NCBI GenBank assembly: GCA_977862235.1
Contig: OZ374557.1
Coordinates: forward strand, 2,232,001 to 2,296,000
Source of the DNA: Dudresnaya verticillata
Lineage: Eukaryota
DNA: 64,000 nt
Reading direction: 5' to 3'
In this document: positions 1-10,807 of the stretch, in pieces
Numbering within the stretch: the stretch's first letter is position 1
How the letters are laid out: each line of letters starts with the position of its first letter
Translations under genes and position numbers: made by a program
Notes under the pieces: generated by a model
The model's input: the letters and a program-made list of their open reading frames with translations, nothing else
The model's database searches: none
What the model was told of the DNA's origin: nothing

Positions 1-20
1 TACTGTACTGACTATAATTC

Positions 21-3000
21 CTACCCAATCTTCTTCATGTTGCGCAAGTCCCACGAGAACAACAAGCCGTTTAGGCCCTTGAGATTGGCAGGAGGGTCCT
101 CTACTCCCTTGAATATATACGGATACGAACTTAGCTCATACTCCGCCATGACCTTCAAACTGTACACGACCACAAGATGCTCCCCTGGTTTGGCAGATTC
201 TGACAGATCGTGGCCGTGCAAGCGTTCATTCCAGTTCCCTCCTGGAGTCTTTTCCGGATGCAACACGGCCTCCCCCACTTCCTTATCATCTGCAAGAAGC
301 GTGACTCTGTCTCCGGCCTTGGGCATTGCACAAGGTTCAGGTTTTTCCTTCTCCTGCACTTTTCATTCAGCTCCACACTTCCTACAACTATGTCTTCACT
401 CCTGCCGTGCTTCTCGATACTCTCTTCGGGGTCATCCAATGCGTGCTCGGACGGTGTCGTCAGATGGGACATTTCAGGTCCCTTCCTCGTTACGGAATGG
501 TTTGTTGGTTGAGCAGAATCTATTATGACAACACTACCTCTTGCTGCCTCACCGATACCATTCAGTTCGTGATGAGCACTTGATTCCAAACGTTTACGAC
601 CTGTCTTCATTTCATATGCTTCCGTGGCAAGCCTACGTAAACGTTCAGCCCCCAGCTTGAATGTTTCGATCTGTGATTCGATTAGTGTACACCGACGATC
701 TGTTCTGAGAGCTGCAATCCCAGTCGTCATGGTTCCGCTGTGCATATCCAGAACTGATACGCCCTCCGGACAGAATGTTGTCATTATCTCCACAAGTACT
801 TCGGGAGACTTCTCTTCGACCAGAACTGGGGACTTGGTGCCTGGGCGTAGCAACTTGTGTTTCGGTGTTGGTAGAGAGGACATGCACGCGAATTTCCGCT
901 TTTCTGGGGAGGGGATGCAGTGATACTCGCTCCTAAGGTCGAGCGAGAACCCTCCGCCATGCTGACCTGGGGCACGCGCCATGACGGCTATTTCCACACA
1001 GTTCTGGGGCATACCGCTCCCCCGATGTTCCTGCATGGTCTTGGGGTCTTTGGAGAATACGAATGGGTATGCCGGGCACATGAATTGTGCCTTCTTCAGA
1101 GCATCGTGGAATACACTGAAGTTCAGGAATGACGTGAAAACAAACAACCACCCCCTGCTACAAGTACGCGCCTCGAGATCTCAACTATCTTCTTAATGTC
1201 TTCCTCGCTGAGGTAATTATCGAATGACCTCCCCGACTTAGACTGCGATTTCGGTGTACCGTATGGTGGATCTGTGAGGATTAAATCGAATCGTTTGTCA
1301 CCTTCCTTCCTTACGGTACTGTTGTAGCTCTGCCATGTCATCTGAAAGCATGTCAGTTTCATTTCCGCAAGATAATCTATTGGAACAGAAAGCGATCCGT
1401 CCTCCACCGGCACAGCCTTAGTACCCATGTTGAGGCGAACGGACTGCTTTGATAACACAGTTGATATAGTGGGGTCTGTGGGACTCTTTTCCGGCACAGA
1501 ATGGTCTTTGGCTGCACATGCAGCTGTAGGGTCTGCGTTCTGCATGGGTGCCTGTCCAGATTCTGCTGGTTCGCGACCCTCTTCCCTTTTCGAATTGGTT
1601 GATGTTACTAAGTCTGAACCCTCTTCGTCGTTAGAGATTCCGGTAGCGTCCACCTGCGGTGACAACGTGCAGTCCAAATTCTGTTGACCGTCAGAATCTT
1701 TTGCTCCACATTCATTGGAACCCGGGCGGGTCATGATAGCGTCATCACGTCTGCCTTCTGTCGAATCCATCACAGTTTGCATATCTTTGTACTTCTGCAA
1801 CTTCACTGGGGCCTCTTCCGGACAACACTCTCTGTACATCTCAACTATTGTTTTCAACAGTGTACGGTCATTACCTCGATTCATGATGACCTCGACGTCC
1901 AGCTTCGTAGTGTATAACAGGTTTTCTCTTAATTTACTCATGCCTAACGGCCATTCTGTCCCCTCCCTCATTGCTTCAAATTTCCGACTCTCGGAAAGGG
2001 CGGCTGAAGCTTTCACGAATTGCTCTTGTGTGTGTTTGGCCGAAACAGGTTTGAAATTGTGTGTCCTTGACACCTCTCGAAGCCTGTACAGGGTAGCTAT
2101 TTGAACAGTAATGCCGTTTTCAGAGCTGCCTGCATTCATAAAGGCCTTGGAAGACTTGATGGAACTGACGTGAATGAAGCGTCTGTATACTCTGCAATCC
2201 AGATTCTGCATCGCAACATTTGAGTCTATGGCCTTTCCGGAAGCAGTCAACAGTTGCATAGTTGCTAGTTCAGGGACCTCCTCCTTCATTATCTTCCCAA
2301 TTACATCGATAACGCGACGGTCAAGACGAAGAATGGTTGCCGCTGTCTGTTTGATAGTGTTTTCCGATAGATGACTGCATCCATCATATGCTTCGGCAAC
2401 TGCCGTCGCAGTCGGAATCTTCCCATTACTGGCTTCGAGACGGTCTGCCTCTTTCCTCAGACCGCATATCTGATCGTAAGACGTGGTCTCTACAAAAAAG
2501 CTGGAGTCGTGCTTTCTGTTCTGATGACGAGCCAGTTGCTTCAGAATCTGGATGTTGTGCCCCCCTTTAAGCACAGTGGCAGTCAAAGCAAACCCCTTCT
2601 ATGTCTCCCGGTCTTCATCGATTAGCTCCATAATGGCGATAAGTCGATGCATGCCATCAACAACTCCGAGCCACTCCGACCGACTGGAGGCCTCTTCTTT
2701 CACCTGTTTCTCTGTGTACTCTGTCCCATCCGCATTCCGTTTAGCTCGTAGAAACTCAAAAATGAAACTCCTGAAGGGACCTGTTAGGCGAGCCAGTATG
2801 GGTGCATCAGAACCGGCAATGTACCTGTTGTTGTAGTTAGCGCTCCTCGTCCCACCACTCCTGAAAATCTTCTTGAGCCTCTCAACACCGGATCTCGAGA
2901 TGTCCCTTATATCAGTTATTGGAACACAGGACCTGGGGTCTATTCGAATGTTGGTAGACCCCTCCATGACATCTCCAAACAGTGCCTGTGCCATCTCCTC

Positions 3001-3051
3001 CTTCCTTAAGGGCTCACTTGACCCCCTGCTCCGCTTCTTGCGCTTCGACAT
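21..3051 (-). pseudogene. ParB/Srx-like domain + beta-class N6-adenine/N4-cytosine DNA methyltransferase + C-terminal Tnp1-like domain (~1000 codons, disrupted)
   Basis: ORF 2599-3051 has WLGVVDGMHRLIAI (ParB/Srx DGxHR). An in-frame TAG at 2599-2601 joins it to ORF 1123-2586, which ends in FDLILTDPPYG (motif IV). A frameshift in a G-run near 1150 leads to ORF 155-1147 with EK..EV...I...CPEGVSVLDMHSGTMTTGIAA (motif X/I, SAM binding) and CTLIE. Catalytic-before-SAM order indicates beta class. A frameshift near 350 leads to ORF 21-359. Confidence 0.85.
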
Positions 3052-5245
3052 GGTGTGCGAGAGAAAGACTCACTGTGCAAGTGAAAACCGCTCTCCTTGA
3101 AAGAGTACGGAAAGGGGTACTGCATGTCCGACGAGTTGTCCAGATTCTGTTCAGAAAACCTTCCGCAAGAAATTCTTTACGTCCCCGGCTCATGTTTGCA
3201 GGGTGCCGTTTTCGACTGACACAAAACGGGCTTTTGACACACTGGACGGCGGGAGTACAACATGGATGTGCCGCAAATTCTGAGATGGCACGGGAGGTCA
3301 CGTGGATTGTTCACCGGGTGTGGGCAGTCTCCATCAGAACTATTCTTAGCACAGGCCGTACAGTTGGAATTGGTAGAATGCAGGTTTCAGCGGACCTGCA
3401 GGGCGAGATGTAAAAACGTCAATTAGGGCATGCTGCTCGCTGTCCCAGCCGACTTGGCCGGGCTTTGAAGTTGAGGCCGGCCTGGCCATGTGCTGATACT
3501 GCGAGTAAAATAGCATGCCACACACGGTTTCGGGGAGTACTGGCACACTGTTGCCAGCGGCGTGCCAGCGGGGGGCGCGGCGGTCAATTTACGAGGAACA
3601 GGTTCTTGGGGGTGGGAGGTGTCAACACCTGTGGGTGCAATATCAGTATCAGGGAACAGGTGGGGCGAGAGCGCCGGGCCAAATAGCTGTTCATTTGATG
3701 TGGCAAAATGCGCGCTGAAAAACCTGTATAGAATTTCTGTCCAATGATATTGAATAAGCTTGTAAAAGGGTCTTTCCATTGGGCCGCCGTCAACACCTTT
3801 ACAGCTTCTGAATGCGGCCAAGTCACATTGCTATGAGAACAGATATTGCGCTTCACGGCAACGCAGGAGCCCAAAGTGCAATATCAGTATCGGGGAACAG
3901 GTCCTGAGAGCCCGCAAACTCCACAATCTATCTGGCCTCGGCGCTGCGAGCTCACGAGATGAATGCCCAGAATGCGGACACAAATACGCCTACCACAACA
4001 CACTGCCTCACAAACGCCCTTACCCTCGCCGCGACGACTCCCGCTCCGCGAATCCATCACTCACGGTATCCTCCTCCACTCCCCTTCCTCTCCGCTGCGT
4101 AATACCTCCGTTGTGCTTGCCTGCCTGCTTACCGTCCTGCTTCCAGAAAGCCCACCACGTGCAGTACTGCTCTTACCCTGCCCATATGACCTCACGTCCA
4201 ACCCCACCCCCAGCCGTGCAACCGCAGCAGTCATGGAAATCGTTTAACGATAACTTACCTTTACTGACCTCTTGTTGCGCGCGCGCAACCGCCACAGTCA
4301 TGGAAAGTTTTAAGAACCTGGCCCTGCAGCCATGCCGCTAAAGGATGAGGTCTTTCCAGGAGGATCAGCCCCCTTCGGGTCTTTCGGCGATGGATTCTTC
4401 GCTCGTGACTTCTTTGCCACTATGACAAGATGAATCGCAGGCACAGACATGGCAACACGATACGGTGTACGAGAACGGAAGCGATGCCATGTTAACGGTG
4501 ACGGGGTTGCGAAGGCCTCCATGGCTGTTCGACGTGTGGATCGTCTCTGAATGCACACTTGCCACTCGCCCTCGCAAAAAGCTAACCGTCGCAATCCAAA
4601 GTACTGTGGAAGCCTCTATAGGTCGCACCTGGGCCTAGCAGAGGCAGGGAGAGGGTCGCGCGAATTGAGATGAGGGCTTCCTACAACCCCCGATGAGGAC
4701 CCCCTCGCTATCCATTGTACGTCGTTTCATCCCCTGCAAACACGTCTACACAGGACAGAAAATCCTCACAAACGCTCTCTCCGTGGGCTTACGCCCTTTT
4801 CGGTTTTGTGCGCTTCTCACTCTTGTTGTTGACCACGATTGACAGCGCCGTGATCAAAGCTTTCGCGCCACCGGGTTCCAATTATATGGCTGTAGTTTCG
4901 CTTGTTGAGCTATGGTTGCTTGCTGTTTCAACACAGTAGAATAGTTGCTTATTCTAAGTGGATAAGGCGTCGGCACATTTGTCTTTGATATTGTATCTTT
5001 GTTGTTCGATGAGGGCCGCAAAAGCCAGTCCCTTGCTGACATGCATTAGTAAGACAAAGACGTACGAAGAAAGAGGTATTAATGCACGAGGTGGTGGGAC
5101 CGTTTTGAGTGCGGCGACTCCGAATACCCTGCCGCAGAAGCGAGTGTGCACGCCAGAGACCCCATCACGCGGAGAGCTCTATAGCCACACACCTTTCGAG
5201 TCAAGCAGATACAAGCACTGGCTCACCGACACACTGGTACATGCA

Positions 5246-6255
5246 ATGGAAGCAGCACCAACCCCTATCGGCCCTGGAGTGGCGCCGACCGGCGCCTCGT
5301 CGCGCATCCACTGCGATGTCACACCAGCAACCAACAAGCTCGAGTCGCATGTAGCAGTGCCCTGCCTAGAGCGCGCAGTCTCGCTTGGTATGATCGCGGA
5401 TACATCCGAGGCGCGGGAACAACTCCGGTCGTTTCACTTTTCAAGTCTCACGTCCTCGCGTGTTCCCCTCTGCAGACCGCGCGCGCCTGGAAATTGCTCT
5501 ACACTTCTCGTAATGCTTCTTCACCTTCGACAATTTATACTGCGTCGCACGCGGAGGTCGGCCTGCGCGCGTTGGAGGAGCACATGGTGGCCATTGCTTC
5601 CGTGGATGACACGCGGAAGGAAGACGAGCCTGTCGCGCTGGCACTAGGATTGATCATGGAGCGGGTACGGAAGATCGCGCATGCAAGCTCGGTGACGCGC
5701 TTTGCTGGACACGTGAAAAAGTATGTGGAGCGCGTGCGGTGGGAGCGCGCCATGCGAAGTAGCGGGGAGACTCCCGAGCTGGCGACGTTTTGCAAGATGC
5801 GTGCACACTCTGTCGGGGTTATGCCTTCGGTGGACCTGGTAGGGATGCTGATGTGCAACGGGGATTCAGCGGCCGTTGAGGGGTGTGCGTATGTGGGGTA
5901 GCTGTTGGTAATGGGTGTGCAACCATGTTGCGTGGAAAAATGATGTCGTCAGCGTCTGGAAGGACATCCGGGATGGGACAGCGGATAATGTTGTCCTTGT
6001 AATAGCGAGGAAGAGGGGCGTCGGTTGGGCGGAAGTGGTGAAAGATGCGATTGATATATGCAACAAGAGTATATAGCGTACGTTTACGCAAACCCAAACG
6101 TTTGGGAGACTGGAACGGATTGTTGAGAGGTTAAGGGGAGGGCTGACAGAGATACGAATACTTATGTGCAAGGGCTTAAGCACTGGATCCGTGGGCACCT
6201 GGACTGGTGTTCGGAGACGGCGTGTTACCGGAAGGAGTTGGAATTGGCGGCGTAG
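5246..6255 (+). pseudogene. Microbial-type (class I) terpene synthase pseudogene
   Basis: Motifs in correct order across frameshifts: VFPSADRARLEIALHFS*CFFTFDNLY (degenerate Asp-rich helix, ~5460-5540), KMRAHSVGV (R-sensor, ~5795-5820), AWKNDVVSVWKD (NSE/DTE motif, ~5930-5965), NVVLVI, and YVQGLKHWIRGHLDWCSETACY (WxxxxxRY-like, ~6163-6228). No introns apparent. Confidence 0.85.
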
Positions 6256-6924
6256 AGGTTCGGTGTTGGGTTTGCATCATCGGGTAAGGACACGACACTT
6301 TGTGCATGCAGTTCAGACACTTGTATCGCGATTGCAGAAACGTTAAACAAGAAAACGTGAGTTGGAGCTTTTGTTGCTTCTCAACATGGTCACCAAAAAG
6401 TCGTCTATGCGCAGACAGCACTGCCCATTCGCAGCCTGCAGTCTCTAAGCGCGGTGGTTATCGAGGAGGCGCTGAGCTTCATCACGAAGGGCGCAAGATT
6501 GGAAACAGACACCGCAGAACCGCGTGCATCCGCCTGTTCTAGAAGAGCGGCTAGGACCTGCACCCTACAGCCCTAGGGTGATCGTCAGTTGTATGTGTCC
6601 GCCTCTCACCAGCTGGAGAGTTGTACCTGAAATGTAATTGGCCAAGTGCCGAACCAGAATCTGATCACAAACAGAATCTGGATGGCAGAACAACCCAGAT
6701 GCACCCCGTGCAGCCACTCGTGCCGCTCTACGGGTGTGCAGCCTCAAGAGCAGGCAACAGGCGGCGCGGCGCGGTATCACAGAGGGTATTTAATGCGCAA
6801 GCGTTTTGCTGCGAAGGGCTGCGCCTCCCCGCCATGTCGGACATGTGCCTTAAGAGACTACAAAGCGGGCGCTCTGCTTAGAGCGTGAAGGGAAGACAGA
6901 ACGAGTGGCACTCTCACAAGCTGT

Positions 6925-9914
6925 GTGCAGATGCCGTCGCGCAAGGGCATTTTGAACGACATGGAAATGAGCCCGTCAACTACGGATTGCGCTGAGCGAG
7001 AAAATGAAGCAAAGAAAGGAGGAGGCAACGCGCGCGACGAAGGGCGTGTTGCTCTTCTGTATGACAGGGAAATGGTCGGCACTGCTATTGTCAAGAGACC
7101 GGGGACAAAAGAGGACGCAGACCAGTCTGGCAGGTATTGTGTCACCCTGCATGGCCACAAATTGTCTCCCAGTCAGAAAAAAGGGGAGAAGCTGGTTGTG
7201 GTTTACCGAGCACAAATCATGCAACCGTATGAGAAACTTCAGTACAAATACAAGTACAAGACAACGGACTCAGTTCCGCACACACTTGGGGAGATGGGTG
7301 GGGGTTTTCATGCATGGGATGTGAACTACATTCAGGAGCTCGGCAATCGAGAAATCGCGCCGTTGTGCCAGAGACGGTTGTACTCTCCACGACAAGGCAT
7401 AGTTCGTCGCAGAATTTACCCAATACTGAGCAATTGCCCCCCGACGTCAACTGCAGAACACAATGCCGCAGCGGTGGCCCCTACCGCATCGCCCCAGCAG
7501 ATGACACCAGTTGACACGACAAGGCCAGCATCACCCCTCCAACAAAATGCGGGGCCGCAAGCGGATGCCGCAGCGCGGTCAATTCGAACAATACCCCCGC
7601 CTGGCAATGTTCCGAGCAGTGAGGAATTGAGTGAACCGCGAGAGCATTTGAGGGAGGCCGGCCATGATGATGCGGACGCCGTACGGCATGTGTCGGAAAG
7701 TCATGACGATGCGTATGACCCTTTTCAGAAGGTGCAGGTCAGGACGAAGCGAAAGTATACTTACAGGAAGAGAACATAGCAGACATTCAGTGGGAGAGGA
7801 AGTCTTCAGAAGAGACGTAGGCATCTGTTCCAAGTCCTGGAACGCGCAAACACGCAGTCAATGAGATGCTGCATCGGAAACAAGTGATTCCAAAGTGTGG
7901 AGCAAGTGTACTTAAAGGCGGAGGCGCGCAGAATTGCCGGAATGAACGTAGAAGCAAGGCGAACGTATCTTCGCAATCTGTTGGACACGAGCAAGATGAA
8001 ATACTTTTCAACCGTCAGCCTGTCCGTTACAACTTTTTGGAGCAGGCCTTTGGATTCTCCCGTGACTTACAGACCTCTGTAAAAGGCACGAGGCAGTCCC
8101 GGAAGCTGCAACTCCCAAACAATGCGAGGCGTGATACCTCATCCCATCAGCAGGATACTATTATTTGCTTCCTTGAACGTCTTGCGGACAGCACTGCTGA
8201 ACCAATGCCCGATAATGGGGAGTCACACCTCCCCTACTTTCAGAAATCAGTTGTGTACGACATCTTCAAATTGGACCACACCAGGCTGTACAGAAACAGG
8301 GATATTCCGTGTCAGAGTTACTTTTACTTTGTATGGAAACACAGTTGCTCCCGCATTAAGGTGCGAAAGACACACCGATTTGCAAAGTGCAGCGAATGCG
8401 AACTCATTCGCGAGCGACTTGCTCAAGCAGGGACCTCTGGAGCAGGCACTGAACACCTGCATGAGCGGCGCAACATTCGCTTGAAATTCATACAGGCAGA
8501 GAGACGTGAATATCAGAAAAAATGTGAGCAGGCGATACTATTGCCGCAGGAGTATTGCTCCCTCATAGTGGATGGTGCTTATCAGTCCGCATTTGGACTT
8601 CCCCATTTTGTGGTGTCGTCCAAAGCCAGCATTGGGCATGCCATGAAAGCGAAATTTATTGGGGTGCTTGAACACAGGGCTGAGAAGCGTCTGCACTTGT
8701 ACAAAATGACCGGTGAGTTCGAGACCAGCGCGAACCACATTATCGAGGCGTTGCACAGAACGCTTTCGGACAAACAGTCCAGAGGAGAGCTACAAGGGAC
8801 TTTATTTCTACAAGTAGACAACTGTTCGAGAGAGAACAAAAGTACCTTTTTGTTCTCATACCTGGAGAGTCTCGTTGCATGGGGTGTGTTCCAAGAGGTC
8901 TTCGTGTCTTTCCTGCACGTCGGGCACACTCACACAGATATAGATCAGGCCTTTTCGTGCACGGCACGCCGGCTTAAAGTTCGGGACGCAGTCACAATGA
9001 CTGAATTGATGGAAGAGCTTCGGCAGTCGTACAGTCCAGAACCAGTTGTCAGTCGCATGCTTCAAATTGGGATTTTTTCAGGCCTGTGTCGACAGGAAGG
9101 ATGCATTGGTAATGTTGAGGCATTCACGACCTATCGCTATTTCAGATTCCACCGTGTGGGTCCAGCTGCTGCGACGGAAGAGGCAGAATCTGTTGCAGCT
9201 TTCGTGACAGGCTGTCAATTGAGAATGACATGCGCGGATGACTTGTTTCCGTTGCAGACTGGAGGAGAGCATAAGGGGTTCATACTATCCCCTCCTGACC
9301 TTGGCAAGACTCCAGCAACAGTGGTCAAATCGCCGCCAGATTTGAAGGAAGTCAACGACAGGTTTCGTTCTGAAGAGACACGTGTGAATGACACGGGAAA
9401 GATGAGGGAGCTGCAGGAATTGCGGGACCACGTGTACAGAGATAGGCTGGAAACGTTTCATTGGGATATGGGACGCATATTTTAGACAAGGGGAAAGTAC
9501 AGCGGAAGAGCGGCGCTGGAGTACGTACCGGAAGGGGATGACGGTGAGGAGGAGACTGTGACCCCCTCTTCAGACCTGCAGTACACGAAGAACTACTTCG
9601 TTGCCGTTGTGAGGGAGAACGCCACCGCACGATGCCCATTTTGGATTGGACAGATTCTAGATGTTGTGCAGGACGCTACGGGAAAGGCTACTGAGCAGTA
9701 TATAAGATGGTACGAGGCGTATGAAGGTAAGGGTGCTTGGGACGGAAAGTACAAGGCATCCATATACTCAGCGACTAAGCAGCCATGGACTGGTACTGTC
9801 GGCGTCGCGACCGTAATGGTCGAATTCGAAGCTCTTACGAAGAGACGTCTACCGCAGCTCGTCCAGAAGAGAATCAGAGAATCGCCGTTGTTAGTTTGGT
9901 ATGCCGGCTCTTGA
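6925..9914 (+). pseudogene. DDD-type (Sola-like/DUF7869-like) DNA transposase with N-terminal Tnp1-like domain, Cys-rich motifs and C-terminal BAH-like domain; disrupted
   Basis: ORFs 6925-7779 and 7897-8082 are in one frame, separated by stops. A frameshift at a T-run near 8005 leads to 7866-9485, and an in-frame stop leads to 9558-9914. Motifs: RCC..K, FAKCSEC, LIVDGAYQ, LFLQVDNCSRENK, FLHVGHTHTDIDQAFS. C-terminal PFWIGQI...IRWYE resembles BAH/SH3-fold modules. Superfamily assignment is from remembered motifs only. Confidence 0.75.
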
Positions 9915-10104
9915 TACGAGAAACAGCTACAACCAGTAAAGTATACTCTCAGGTTGATGCAGCACACGAGAAATGCAAGGCCATTCGACGCCTGTAGCGC
10001 CCGTCTACGCCACAAGCTAAGTCTGAACCGCGGGTGTGCAAGCGGCTTAGCTACCTGGTAGTGTACCAGGTCGGGCGGGTAGTGGGCCCAGTTGTGAGCA
10101 CGGG

Positions 10105-10570
10105 TCAGAATGCGGGTGGCCGTGCCGCACGGGAGCGGGGTAGGGGTGAGGGAGGCGTGTCGGGGGACTGCTGGGCGGGGCTGACCATGCGTCAGAATGC
10201 GGCAACTTGATGTGGACGTGTCAGAATGCGGCCAGGCGCGGTGCGCAGGAGCGTGGGGAAGGGCGGCGGCGAGGTGTCGGCGAACGGCAGGGAGCCTGAG
10301 ACAGAGTGCGGTCAAAGGCCGGACTGGGGCGGGGAACGGCACTACGGGTCTGGGAGGGGGTGGGGAAGCGCGCCTCATTACGCGCAAGGCAGAAGCAGAG
10401 CGCGTGCACACGCGCCAGAATGCGGAATGCGTGGGCCAGTAGCAGCACCAGGAAGGGTGATGGTGGGAGTGGCTGTCGGATGTGGGGAGGTGGCCGAGCG
10501 CGCGTCGGAATGCGGTGGGAAGCCAAGACCGAGCGCGTCGGAATGCGGCGGGAAGTCGCCAGAATGCGGT
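10105..10570 (+). repeat. Subterminal short direct repeats, core (CA/CG)GAATGCGG, about 8 copies
   Basis: Copies near 10106, 10192, 10221, 10302 (variant), 10415, 10505, 10538 and 10559. The 10495-10560 stretch includes a longer duplication CCGAGCGCGTCGGAATGCGG. Confidence 0.85.
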
Positions 10571-10807
10571 GTTCGGTCGGGGGGCGGGGGCGCGGGCGCG
10601 GGCGGCGGGACGGGCCAGAATCAATTTCTGGAGAATTTTTAATTGGAACTTTTCGGAAAAATCACAACTTTTGGGAACTTTCGACCCCGGGGGCCCCATA
10701 TTCTCAGGGTATCGCCCCCTTTCCAACGCGCTATCGAACGCCGGGATTCAAGGACCCTCAAAAAATTCTGTTCTGTTTTGGAAATTCTGTAGCCGGCGAA
10801 ATTAGTG

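Larger units (their letters stand above)
1..10807. mobile_element. Large decayed DNA transposon, right part (left end outside window); right terminus ...GCCGGCGAAATTAGTG (CACTA on minus strand)
   Basis: Transposase pseudogene at 6925-9914 followed by subterminal GAATGCGG repeats. The sequence switches abruptly at 10807/10808 into the middle of element A's chromodomain. I found no matching left TIR (CACTAATTTCGCC) in the window, so inclusion of the MTase and terpene synthase in the element is inferred. Confidence 0.65.

Noticed and set aside
155..3051. Bacterial restriction-modification or plasmid partition locus
   Set aside because: No endonuclease, ParA or operon structure; context is eukaryotic transposons and the protein has an NLS-like start.
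4958..5245. N-terminal extension of the 229-aa ORF as part of the terpene synthase
   Set aside because: It starts at a non-ATG codon with no recognisable motifs; TPS-like sequence begins at ATG 5246.
10105..10570. CRISPR array or coding repeat (ORF 9593-10726 minus, 377 aa)
   Set aside because: Repeats are only ~9-10 bp and irregularly spaced. The ORF is a low-complexity GC-rich read-through of subterminal DNA and antisense transposase.
10758..10807. C-terminal TLISPATEFPKQNRIF of the integrase ORF as genuine protein
   Set aside because: It is read-through into the DNA transposon terminus that interrupts the chromodomain.
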